NCBI RefSeq assembly: GCF_002571385.2
Contig: NW_019218627.1
Coordinates: forward strand, 11,316-75,315
Direction: 5' to 3'
DNA length: 64,000 bases
Source of the DNA: Stylophora pistillata
Lineage: Eukaryota
In this document: piece by piece, positions 49,101 to 60,302 of the stretch
Position numbering within the stretch: position 1 is the first letter of the stretch
Layout of the letters: each line of letters begins with the position of its first letter
Notes under the pieces: model-generated
Seen by the model: only the letters and a program-made list of their open reading frames with translations
Databases searched by the model: none
Told to the model about the DNA's origin: nothing
Made by a program: the position numbers and the translations under genes

Positions 49101-50982
49101 ATAAAACCAAATTTGTCTAACTTGTAATACCCTCCACTGATGCAGTACCTCAACTTTTGTTAGAAACTTAATTACCCCCTCTGTTTATGCATGCAAAGCC
49201 TAGCAGAGCTTCATAGTAAGTGGTGTCAAAGTAGACTAAATGTTACCCATCTGTTCCACATTGAAAATGCAAAATTTTATCGAGTTTTTTGTTTTACCTA
49301 TTACTATATTTAGCAGTAGTGTTGTTTTACTCCAGATAATTCTTGTTTTAAATCAACCTAAACCAGGAAATGTAACCAGTCACGCTATTAAGAAGTTTCA
49401 AGCTCACTTAATATTTCCCCAAATTTTAGTTTAACCAGTACTTTTAAAGTCAAATTAGTTTAAAAAATGTTTTTACTTTCCTTTATTGTCCAGGCTTGTC
49501 AGGTATGCCGTCAAATATTCAGGGATGGGGAGACTAAGCACCACTGTCGTGCCTGTGGGGGTGGGGTCTGCGATGGATGTTCAACTAATAAGAAACCTGT
49601 ACCAGAACGAGGTTGGGGTGAGGGGCCAGTACGAGTGTGTGACCGCTGTTTTGGAAAAACGTCAACAGTGGAGGCCCAGCCTCAACCCACATGTGACTTA
49701 AGGTAAGGTAACGTCATAATTTATATAGATTGACAGTAAAACACTAATCCTGATCAGAATTTTAATTCCCAGAAGTGATTAACCTGTAACTTCTCTGTCT
49801 TGCTGGTTTTCACTATCACACTGTCATCAAAACCATTCAACAAGTAAAGTCAAGGATCAAAGAGATAAAAGAAATAATTTTATGTTCAAATGGTCTCACA
49901 AAGAGTCAGGTCAGTCTGTCCAATAACTGGTGCAGGAGATATTCAAAGAAAATGTTTTACTCAAATTTATAAGGCTTTATGTAGAGCCCCATGTCATGTA
50001 AGTGTCCCTCTGAGGGGCACAAATATGGCATCCAGAAATTAACAAAAACATGTCATTGAGTTTTGCTATAAAAGGCCAACAGTCATCTTCTTTGGGCTCA
50101 TTAACATCTACATGTCTTGAGTACTTATTCTCACACAAGGACTGTTCAGATTGCAAAATCTCAGTGGATGTCACTTTTTTTAACCTACAATTTTCATGAT
50201 AGCATCTTTGGCCAACATTTCCAAATTCAACTTCCTTTATCACCAAACAAAAAACCCTATCAAACTTAAAATTTGTAAGATGAGTCTTCATTTGTTCTAA
50301 TAACTAAATTCTTCCTTATTTTTTTAATTTTGATGATCGATGTCACATGAAAAACATGTCAAATAATTTCCATACATTATCTAGCAAACAGGGAAACGAG
50401 AATACTCAAACTTATCAGGTAGAAGTTTTAATCCTGTTCTGACACCAGGATCTTGTAACTAATTTAGAAGAAAAATGTCGCAGTTAGAGGGGAAAATTAA
50501 CAATCCGATCTTGGGAATTAAAGGGTTAACCTTGATTGTGATTTTTCTTAATATGAATATTTTGATTTTTTCTCAACAGTGATTTATCAGATGCACTTGA
50601 AGAGGAGACTCCTCAAGAAATTGTGCACCCTGAAATTGACCATAGTCTGTATTCTGAAAACCCATTTGGACCAGTAGCTGCCCGAAAAGTAACAGAGGTT
50701 GTTCAATCCGCTGTGGGGGTTTTAAAAACGGCCATAGTTTATCCAAAGGGGTTCATCACTGATGCAGCAAGGCCAGGCTACTGGGTACCAGACTCTCAAA
50801 TTTTAGCCTGTAACTGTTGTGAAACTGAATTCAAGGGAAGTGATACCAAACATCACTGCCGAGCTTGTGGTATGGGTGTCTGTAGCACCTGTTCAGAAAG
50901 TAGGAGACCTGTGGCTTCAAGAGGTTGGGATCACCCAGTCAGAGTCTGTGACCATTGTGCTGCTAAAAAAGGACAGCTTTAG
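40137..50982 (+). CDS. ZFYVE1: Zinc finger FYVE domain-containing protein 1 (DFCP1), 11 exons, 712 aa
   Basis: Exons 40137-40226, 40427-40525, 43122-43650, 44296-44507, 45532-45629, 46393-46504, 47472-47569, 47914-48031, 48785-48955, 49494-49702, 50580-50982 (2139 nt). P-loop VVSIFGNTGDGKSHTLNH, LDTEG, AKYAWSGYVLEC, two FYVE domains (YWVP..KHHCRACG..VRVCD). Confidence 0.95.
41408..41548 (-). repeat. Second near-identical copy of the hammerhead-bearing Penelope-type repeat, cut by gap
   Basis: Matches 26006-26146; minus strand ...GAAGGGCTAACGCTCGAAACGTCAGC with intact stem II; the CUGAnGA part falls in the N gap. Confidence 0.7.
43723..43907. mobile_element. hAT-type MITE with 5-bp TSD
   Basis: TIRs CAGGGCT(T/C)GA; GGTGC on both flanks (43718-43722, 43908-43912). 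Confidence 0.75.
44918..45107. mobile_element. Second copy of the same MITE family, inverted relative to 43723-43907
   Basis: ACTAGCCAAGTGG..GACAACTTAGAT..ATTTCAGTTTGTTTACT..AACTGAATTTC..CTAGTCTGTGGCTAGT is the reverse complement of the 43723 copy; flanks TAGGT/CAGGT. Confidence 0.7.
46056..46217. mobile_element. Foldback MITE with ~60-bp inverted arms and TA flanks (Tc1/mariner-like)
   Basis: ACACCAAATGCAAATAGGGCATCCAATTTGAGTTGCCATTGTTCTGGACTCACTA / TAGTGAGTCCAGAACAATGGCGACTCAAATTGGATGCCATATTTGCATTTGGTGT; TA at 46054-55 and 46218-19. Confidence 0.75.
46985..47233. mobile_element. TTAA-flanked (piggyBac-like) MITE copy
   Basis: TTAATCCTTTAACTTCC...GATAGGGTTAA; body matches other copies. Confidence 0.65.
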
Positions 50983-51559
50983 GGTCAAAGTGTATTTAAT
51001 TCAGCAAGGAGTGGACCACAAGAAACTTGCAGCTGTTGGCCCTTCATGATCAAGTTTTAAAAAAGCAACCTCACAAGTTTACATGAAAATTACTATTTCA
51101 TGGCCTTGCATGGAGATCGAGAGTATCATCAATTGCTGTGATATCAAGTCTGATTTTAAGTCCATTGCACACCATGCTTGAGGTCTTTCAGACCAAAACC
51201 ATTGTGAGTCATTTGAGGGCTTTCCACTCGAGAGGCATAAAAATCAACACTGAGGTTATCACAGGTGCTTGCCATACCAAAAGATAGAACCACAAAGAGG
51301 CATTGCAATCTGAAATTGAAAACATGCAGACTGTCTGATATGCAGGAAAATGCTGCCCACGTAGTCTTAAATTGGTTGTTAGGCTACGGCATTTAATTGA
51401 TTGAGAGGGTGTCCAGAATTTTCTAGACCATTCATTAAGTGAAGTAAAGCAAAACTGGTGCAATTGTGGTTTAATTTAGACACTCAATTGCTCTCTTAGG
51501 AGACAAAATGAGTAATTTTTCCTTACAAAAACAATACATCTATAAGCCAAAAGGTAATG

Positions 51560-51978
51560 AGAGTAAAGTAAGTATAGCAAGTAGAACTTTATTTAAACAT
51601 GAAACATTGATGAACAGAAAGATGCTCGTTAAAAAAATGTACGTGTATACTAACTAATATAATTAGAAACTATAATATGATAAATGAATAAATAATTTAA
51701 GAAAATATATATCGAAAAAAAAAACAAAAAACAAAAAACATGCTATATGCCCGAAATATACAAGCTAAAAATATTGCAGGCTAAGGACTAATAAAATCTA
51801 TCATTGAAATAACGCAGAAGGCGTGAATCAAGCACAGAAGGTGCATTTGCAATTAACTTCAGTATCCAAATTTAACTTAACTGATTTCTAAAAATAGTAA
51901 TGCTTTTGGCATCCCTGGCATCTTGAGGAAGGCTGTTCCACAGCTGACAACCAATATAAGAGAAGGACCGATGCCCAA
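51560..51978 (-). mobile_element. 5'-truncated CR1/L2-type LINE 3' end inserted in a TTAA-MITE
   Basis: Minus strand encodes GHRSFSYIGCQLWNSLPQDARDAKSITIFRNQLS* (typical ORF2 C-terminal FSY.G..LWNSLP), then a 3' UTR with AATAAA; MITE sequence lies on both sides. Confidence 0.7.
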
Positions 51979-53389
51979 GAAAATGATCAACCTCATGATA
52001 AAAAGAACATTGATTTACTACCGGCCATCTTCTCAAAACTAACATTGAAAGAAATGTATAACGGATGGTAAGGAGAGCTTACACCGCAATCAATTTACAG
52101 GGTGAAAGGTTTTTTCAATACCAGTTTGGTACATGAAACATGTAGGACCTAGTAGGTTCTTTGGACCTTTTGAAATTACTAATCCTGAAAGTGGGAAGAG
52201 GTTATCAGCTAACTTAAGTGTACCATAGTTATAATTATACTTTTAAGACAAATAATACAACAGTTGTGTGAGACATAATAAGTCAAAATAAAATTAATAA
52301 ATCAAATATTTCTCCCCTTGTAAAAAGGTTAAGTACAGTTCGTCTTCCCTGTTGTATTAAGCATTTTTTCCAAGCATACCAGTATTAAAATATTTTTATT
52401 TCTAGGCAGTTTTTTTCAGGCTGTTCTGTGATAAACTTTCTCAAGGATTTTTCCCTAGTTTCCATGCTTTTTCCATTTATACAGTCATATTAAACAACTC
52501 ACAAAAACAGTAATTGGGCCCATTAGATTTGCCCATTAATCTACTGTTCCTACATCTTCCTTGGAATTCAGCTGCTTTGATTTTGTATGCCAAAACGTGG
52601 GGCTGAAATGAGTCCACATTTGTAAACAATTGAAAATATTGAGTTTATACACAGTTATCACTGCTCTCAGAAAAAAAACCTGGCTGAAAAATAGAAATCA
52701 TATGAAAGGTAACATCAGTGCATAAGTCATAGGGCTGTTCCAGCCAGAGCTTATCCAGATGTTATTGGCAAAGAGCAACTAAGATTTTCCCCCAACTTGT
52801 CTCTGACCCTATTGGGTGGGATGCTAATCTATTGCAGGGTTATATCTTTTTACACTTAAAATCAGTATGCAAATTCTCCATACTGTTCTCCATCTGTTTT
52901 CTAGGGTGCTGACAAGGAGAGTTTGTTTAGCTATCATGAGATTCAGGTGATGATCATTTCCTATGATTTGGGTGATCTTAATGTTTGATCCAGGGGTGGT
53001 ATCAGATGTGGAGAAATTAGATGCTTGTCATTCTTAGGGATTAAAGGGTTACACCTCGCCTGCCATAAACAATGGTACACTTTCCAATTAAAGGGAGTGA
53101 TGTTAAAAGCCAAAACAAAAGAAATTATAATGGCCAGTCAGAACAGAAAAAAAATATTGCATCAAGGCAAAGAGATTCCAAAGCTTAACCAAGCAAACTT
53201 CCTGAGGGGTGGGGGTAAGGCTGAAATAGGTGAGTACACACTAGTTGGGAAAGAATTCAGTTTTTCATGTGATTGGTTGGAAATGTGATCCTAAAAACTA
53301 CTTGTGATTGCCACTCAGCTGAAAAATGCAATAAATTGCATACTCGCAGTGTCACTGTCAGTGATGTTTATAACTCTCTTAAATCAATG

Positions 53390-55459
53390 TCAAACTCCAG
53401 GTAACTTGAGCAGTAAACAAGAGTAATTATATAGCACCAGTGAATCATCTTCGCCAACTTCTTTACGAGGATCGCCACAAGCCGTTTTGTAAGAGTTCAT
53501 AAACTGTAGTGCTTCATCCTCTCTGCGCAACTCCTCCAAACAAGCTACCAAGACATAATATGCAAATATCAGTGCTGGAGCTTTAATGGTGTCATTTCGC
53601 TGAATATGGTAACCAAGGTTACCATCCAATGTGATCTCCTCGCTCCGACCATAACCAAGGTATTTCAATACTTTAGAGGCCTCACTACAAGTTATACCTT
53701 GCTTTGCAGCCTCTATAGCTTCATCAAAACGATCATTTCTGTATAAAAACATGCTAAGCTCAACATGATGAGAAGCACTGGTTGGCTGTAACTCCACTGA
53801 TTTTTTCAGCATCATCTCGGCATGGGTTAGAAGCTCCCCATTAGGTTCAGTAACATCATCTTCATATGCTTGTACATGGTAGAAACATCCAGCATCGTGG
53901 AATAGACTGGCTGGAAGATCAATACCATTGGTGGCCTTTGTCAGTGTTGCAATTACCTCTTGATCTGAAAATCCAAGGCTTCTCATGGAAATCAAGCGGC
54001 AAGCAGCTGCTTCAGCATCACCATCACCATTGCGTCTTAGGCATTGAACTATTGAATTGCACAGTAATTCATGGGCATTTGTTTGCTTACCAGTCCCTTT
54101 CAAAATTTGAACTACACACTCAATGTACTCAATCCCTTTCTGAGCTGTTCTGGGATTTTTCATCAAAACTAAGCCAAGATTGTAGAGGTGGTATTTAAGA
54201 AAATCACTCAAAACATTCTTATCTGGGGAGCTGTGGAATTCCTTTAGAAGTGCAAGAAGAGTGCTATATCCAAACTTCTCTGGTGCCTGACTTAAAAGTG
54301 ACTCAATGCATTTTGTAAGTTTAGGGGAGTTTGCTAAAGCTAAGAGAGGCTTCTGCATGATTTGCATCAACTCCTTGGAAATGATTGCACAAGATTCTTT
54401 AGAAATTTCTTTAAGATGATTTCTCTGTATGACAAAGTAATTGGGCAACGTGTAACTCTGTAGACATTTTGTAAGCCTTTCAATTACTCCAAGCACACAG
54501 TGTCCTAGGTTTAAATTGTTCCAGATGTCAGGATCTGCCTCCTCCAAGAACCAGAAGAAGGCACATTTAACCCAGTAGGAAGGTATACGCTCATAATGGA
54601 GATCTTTCACGAGACCTTTTACAACCAGATAGCATTTCCTCTGCACTGGATTCAGATTCTGTGCCAGAACTGTTTCAGCGAAAGAAAATGACAACCTCCA
54701 TTCCAGATGGGAAGCGTCTCCAAACCCTTTTGCAACCGCAGCACAACCTTGATGAAAAATCATCTGCACGATTTCCGGTTGTGGCCAGTTCCGTTTTCTC
54801 TTCGCCCATTCATCAGCAACAGAAGGCCAATTAGGACAACGGAAAGCAAAGACAAGATCCACACTTTCCATGCTGATGCCGGCTTCCTGAACCAGATGCT
54901 CTGTGACTAACAGGGAAGGTCCAGCTGCTTTTGCAACTTCTTGAACTTGGTTCAAGTTCTTCCGAAATACGTCGCAAAATTTAGAGCTTGATACGTAAAC
55001 ACAGTCACCTTTACTTTCTAAAACATCATCGGGTAAACTCCAACGGCAAGCGGTATTGACACGGAGTTTTACGTACCTTGGTTCTTTTGCATTCTCAATA
55101 AAAGCAACAACATCGCTAATTGATTCATCTGCACTGTTTTCTTCCTCATCAGACACGGTAATTTCCTTGATTATAGCTAGTTGTGGCAGAAACATCACGT
55201 CAAGATCTGTTCCATATCGATATCGAAGGCTACTTCCGGCTTCGTTTTCCTCGGCCACTTCCATGCTTAGTAAATACAGTCTTTCCTCTAAACTTCCACT
55301 GCGCTCAATAATAAAACTGGTTTCCCAAGGAAGTATTTTTCGAAGAGCATCTTCAGTTGGTTCAAATTCAAACCGTCCAAAATTTGGACGATGCCAATCT
55401 GAGAAAGTTACCAGGTGGCATAAAAGGCCGAAATGATCGGGTTCGAATTTAGTCGCCAT
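53390..55459 (-). CDS. cGAS-like receptor (Mab-21/cGLR nucleotidyltransferase) with C-terminal TPR-like helical domain, single exon, 689 aa
   Basis: NTase motifs SGS (G55,S56), DLD (D85,D87), VDLV (D201); WPSVADEWAKRKRNWP, EWRLSFSFAE, PSYWVKCAFFWFLE, LPNYFV of the Mab-21 family; TPR-like AEMMLKKSVELQPTSASHHVELSMFLYRNDRFDEAIEAAKQG. Confidence 0.9.
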   Translation of the reverse strand: MATKFEPDHFGLLCHLVTFSDWHRPNFGRFEFEPTEDALRKILPWETSFIIERSGSLEERLYLLSMEVAEENEAGSSLRYRYGTDLDVMFLPQLAIIKEITVSDEEENSADESISDVVAFIENAKEPRYVKLRVNTACRWSLPDDVLESKGDCVYVSSSKFCDVFRKNLNQVQEVAKAAGPSLLVTEHLVQEAGISMESVDLVFAFRCPNWPSVADEWAKRKRNWPQPEIVQMIFHQGCAAVAKGFGDASHLEWRLSFSFAETVLAQNLNPVQRKCYLVVKGLVKDLHYERIPSYWVKCAFFWFLEEADPDIWNNLNLGHCVLGVIERLTKCLQSYTLPNYFVIQRNHLKEISKESCAIISKELMQIMQKPLLALANSPKLTKCIESLLSQAPEKFGYSTLLALLKEFHSSPDKNVLSDFLKYHLYNLGLVLMKNPRTAQKGIEYIECVVQILKGTGKQTNAHELLCNSIVQCLRRNGDGDAEAAACRLISMRSLGFSDQEVIATLTKATNGIDLPASLFHDAGCFYHVQAYEDDVTEPNGELLTHAEMMLKKSVELQPTSASHHVELSMFLYRNDRFDEAIEAAKQGITCSEASKVLKYLGYGRSEEITLDGNLGYHIQRNDTIKAPALIFAYYVLVACLEELRREDEALQFMNSYKTACGDPRKEVGEDDSLVLYNYSCLLLKLPGV

Positions 55460-56067
55460 TGATTATCGTCTTTGACTCAGGATAACTTTGAAAGTCTTCT
55501 CATCCATGTTGAAAGGTTGTTTCAAATTCTCAAAGTCTTCTCCCTAAGGATGGGCCGATATTCGCTACCAGCGATGCCGAGGTCGGATCAAAAAATAACG
55601 ATACTACAGAGGAGAATCGATTCTTTCGATACTGCAAGTGACCTGCGCTTTTTAAATCTCCCTCGACTAACCGCTGATAAATAGCCGAAAAGACTTCGGG
55701 CTCGAGATCGTGCACTGATGTGTGTGGGGTTGCAGCAGTGTACCGATCGCGATCAAGGGTGGTGGTTTCTTCCTTTCCACAGAGCAACATTTCATTGTGA
55801 AATAGACCCAATTTTATTAACTGTAAATGTAAAGTCACTCAACATGCTCTATACAACGGCAACAAAATCACAACTCACAACAATCCGGGCATTAAAAGGA
55901 GATATCTAGAGTGCCTACCAAAGAAAAACATTGTGTGAGAAAAGCACTGAGAAAGGTTAAATAGTTCTAAAGTATGGTATTAAACTTATTACATACAAGT
56001 CTGCCACACTGCCTCAGCTGACGTATTGCCATATCGTCTTGAATTTTTGCCGCTCGTCGGACAACAG

Positions 56068-56069
<2 letters not shown>

Positions 56070-56123
<54 letters not shown>
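56070..56123. repeat. (AAT)n microsatellite
   Basis: About 18 AAT units; similar tracts at 19511-19545 and 58925-58975. Confidence 0.9.
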
Positions 56124-56127
<4 letters not shown>

Positions 56128-58924
56128 GATTTTTATTTCACTATAGTTAACGGGCTACGCTCATGCGCCCCCGTCATACTATTCTTACTGTATATAGCAT
56201 ACAAAAGTTGTAAACTGCTGCATAATAATAATAATAATTATAATAATGATAATATTGATAATAAATAATAAATAATAATAGTAATAAATAATAATAAGCA
56301 ATAAATAATATTAATAACATTAATTAATAATATTAATCTCTGCGACAATAATAATAATAATAATTTGAGCTATGGGGTCAAAATAATTCACAAACAGTTT
56401 TCTCTAACGCCTAGGAAGGAAATAATGAAAAAAAAAACATCCATTTGCGTTCCGTATAGTTAGCGCTCGACGTTTTGCATTGTCCGCTGCCTTAATTATT
56501 GTCTTCAAAATATGGACAAAAAGCGAGAAACAAAAAGCGTATGAAGATTTGGTGTAATTTCAGCAGTTCTAAAATAACTAGACGCTCGAGGAGCGTTCAC
56601 TCTGGCTTCTTTTATAGCCTTGGCATCCACACCAAACACGAGTACAATTATAACATAATTTGTAAATTGGTGCGATCAAATTCAATTGCGCGAGTGTACT
56701 TCAATTTTCCATTGTGCACGCTGGCGAGGTCAGCAAACAAATGCTTCGCGAAAAAAAAAAATTTCTCTCGAGTGACTTCAGCATTTTTCATAAAACAAAA
56801 AAAACAAAAAACAAAAAAAAACGGGAAAAACTTCCCCAAAAAAGTTAAACTAGACATGGCGCAACAAGCGAACAAACCGATGAAGATCTGCCTACTTTTT
56901 CTTTGGGAATGGATTTTTTAACTCCCGAGAAAGAACCCAGAGAAAAGGAAAGCAAAACAACCTGTGGTTTCATCTCATTTCGCAACTCTAACTTCATTTC
57001 AACGCATGGATTCACCTGTCAGTTTTTTACCAGTCTGAGACAAGGTCATTAAAGCATAGCGAAACACTTTTCCGAAACAAAATAAACAATGCATTGAAGC
57101 GTGGGAGAGGGAATTTCTGATCTTTATNNNNNNNNNNNNNNNNNNNNNNNNNNNNNNNNNNNNNNNNNNNNNNNNNNNNNNNNNNNNNNNNNNNNNNNNN
57201 NNNNNNNNNNNNNNNNNNNNNNNNNNNNNNNNNNNNNNNNNNNNNNNNNNNNNNNNNNNNNNNNNNNNNNNNNNNNNNNNNNNNNNNNNNNNNNNNNNNN
57301 NNNNNNNNNNNNNNNNNNNNNNNNNNNNNNNNNNNNNNNNNNNNNNNNNNNNNNNNNNNNNNNNNNNNNNNNNNNNNNNNNNNNNNNNNNNNNNNNNNNN
57401 NNNNNNNNNNNNNNNNNNNNNNNNNNNNNNNNNNNNNNNNNNNNNNNNNNNNNNNNNNNNNNNNNNNNNNNNNNNNNNNNNNNNNNNNNNNNNNNNNNNN
57501 NNNNNNNNNNNNNNNNNNNNNNNNNNNNNNNNNNNNNNNNNNNNNNNNNNNNNNNNNNNNNNNNNNNNNNNNNNNNNNNNNNNNNNNNNNNNNNNNNNNN
57601 NNNNNNNNNNNNNNNNNNNNNNNNNNNNNNNNNNNNNNNNNNNNNNNNNNNNNNNNNNNNNNNNNNNNNNNNNNNNNNNNNNNNNNNNNNNNNNNNNNNN
57701 NNNNNNNNNNNNNNNNNNNNNNNNNNNNNNNNNNNNNNNNNNNNNNNNNNNNNNNNNNNNNNNNNNNNNNNNNNNNNNNNNNNNNNNNNNNNNNNNNNNN
57801 NNNNNNNNNNNNNNNNNNNNNNNNNNNNNNNNNNNNNNNNNNNNNNNNNNNNNNNNNNNNNNNNNNNNNNNNNNNNNNNNNNNNNNNNNNNNNNNNNNNN
57901 NNNNNNNNNNNNNNNNNNNNNNNNNNNNNNNNNNNNNNNNNNNNNNNNNNNNNNNNNNNNNNNGAAAACGGAGCAACAAAATGGCGGAGCTGAACGATCC
58001 AAAATTTGATTTTCTTTTTTCAATTTTATAGGCTTCCCCTTTTTAATCCTTTAACTCCCTTTGGTGATCAGGACAGAATTTCTCCTTAGAATATCAATAC
58101 AGTAACAAGCAGGCAAGTGCTGAGAATAAAGAAAATATTAATTAGGGCTGATGGAATAACAAATCCTCCAAACTGACATCGTAAGAATTATAGAGAAGAC
58201 AGTCAGGAGAATAACTAATGAGATGTTGGGAGTGAAAGCGTTACGAAAGCGACTTTTTAACTGCATTAGCATTATTAATTGGTCATGAATAACACTTTAC
58301 TGATGTCACTTGTGTTGTTTTCGTCTTTTGTGCACGCTGTACGCGATCAATGCGACGCTCGTATTAGGTCTTGAGAAGGGTCACGAAAACTAGGAGCAAT
58401 TGAGATAATTGAAAATGAAATAATCATTAAAGAAAATAAATCCCTTGTTTAATAACAATAATAATCCTTTATTTGCCATAATCACTAAAAATTTACAAAA
58501 ATCATGTTAAAAGGCTTAAAATGTCTGATAAAAATCTAAGAAAATCTATTGGATACACGCTTCGGTTAGTAACGATGATGACAACAACAATAATAATCAT
58601 AATAATTCGGTTCTCTAGGATCAGACTCGTATCAGACCCAAACTAACTTTGATAACAAAAACGACCTACATATAAAAATCGCGAAAGCAACTACTAGTTC
58701 GTATTGAAAGAATTTCAGAAAACGTGCATTGAAATTATCCTTATAAAAGTAAATTACATTAAAAAAAGTACATGAGAAGGGAAATGACTCTTACTCTAAA
58801 AAGTGTAAAAACAAATTTTAAAAATGTCTAGCCTATATTTGCCATAGCATTGTCAATTAAAAAATCTGTATTGAATGTCTCAAATGATCTTCTTCTTCTT
58901 CTTCTTCTTCTTTTCTCTTCTTCT

Positions 58925-59423
58925 TATAATAATAGTAATAATAATAATAATTAATATAATAATAATAATAATAATTTAACACTTATTTTGTGCAAATCAA
59001 CATGTGAATATGATCAAATGCACATCATAATACTTTTCGGGGGACTTTGGCCAGACTGCATAAGCAGTTTACAAACAATCGAAGGAAACTTATTTGAAGA
59101 TGCCCCCTCCCCTTAATTCCCAGTATACAGGCCAGACCACATCACAGTAATCTCGTGACTGGGTTCTCTGACATCCCCTGCCTAACCAAATTAACTAATT
59201 AATAGATGCAGGAGACGGGACCTACAGTTTATTCGTCCTTATCCGAGAAGATTAGAATGTCTATCTATTTCTTATTAAAGAAAGGTAGTGCATTCTCCTC
59301 AGTTATTTTAAGACCTTGAGTGTTAGCCCGGCCGGGGCTTGAACCAGTTATTTTAAGACCTTGAGTGTTAGCCCGGCCGGGGCTTCGACCTTGACCTCCC
59401 GCAAAACAGTCTAGCGCTCTAAC
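58925..59423 (-). mobile_element. tRNA-derived Nin/Deu-type SINE, 5'-clipped, with internal ~42-bp duplication
   Basis: Head homologous to 39440-39608; core TCTTCTCGGATAAGGACGAATAAACTGTAGGTCCCGTCT; CAGTTATTTTAAGACCTTGAGTGTTAGCCCGGCCGGGGCTT occurs twice; (ATT)n tail. Confidence 0.75.
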
Positions 59424-60302
59424 CAAGGAAACTCATGGCGAACAATTTGATACACCATGGCCTTGGCGCATGCGAATCGTGTTACTCTGTGGACTTACAT
59501 TATGTTTCAGCGCCTATGAAATTACAAAGAAAACAGTGAAAACCAGTCTTACCGTAGTCAAACCCATGCTTTCATAAGTTATGGCTAAAACTTTTTTCAG
59601 GTCCCCAAATCTAATTTAAAAGAAGAACATGTCCCCTTGCCTTACAGCAATATTGTTTACAAAGAGTTGACGAATCGACGTTTCCTAACGCTTTTGAGAT
59701 TTTCTCCTGTTCCTGAGAAAATCTGCCATAATTCTCCTCTTATTTCCGTTAAATTTGTCCGAACGTGGCACCGTAATACTTTTCGGATAAGTTCTCTGTT
59801 GCTCATGTAAGATGTCCCCAAAGACATTTCGACTATCGTAATCTCTTATTTGAAGGCTAAAGTCGACTTCTGTACTGAAAACGGCCCATAAAAACGGGAA
59901 TTGACGGTTCCTAACGCCCCTAAAAAAGGGTTAAAATCGGAAAGANNNNNNNNNNNNNNNNNNNNNTCTTGAATGATTTTCCACGTGGATATCAATGAAT
60001 GACAGGAGTCAATGGATTACCACTCAACAACCCATTCGAGTAACGTAAGGGGTTGGAGCCGTACGTTTTCCTCCGAAGACTTTTTACTAAGTCTTGAACC
60101 TTAATTAATTTTTGTCGCAATATTTTTAATTTTTGCGGATCCTGAGCGATTCGAATAGTTAAAAGGATTTTTTCTGGGTATATTTCAAATTTAAGCACTT
60201 TTGCAACCTATTTTAAAATCAATTTCCCAGGGAAAGAGAGAGTACCCCGCGAGGGAGGTTGTACCGTTTACACTCGTCCCCAGGATCATCTCCGCTTTCA
60301 AG

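Noticed and set aside
53390-55459. Bacterial CBASS operon or contamination
   Set aside because: The protein has animal Mab-21 family motifs, is flanked by intron-rich animal genes and host repeats, and has no adjacent effector genes.
56820-57120. kB-like (GGGAATTTCT) and ISRE-like motifs upstream of the cGLR
   Set aside because: Short degenerate matches expected by chance in AT-rich DNA; the transcription start is unknown and a gap is adjacent.
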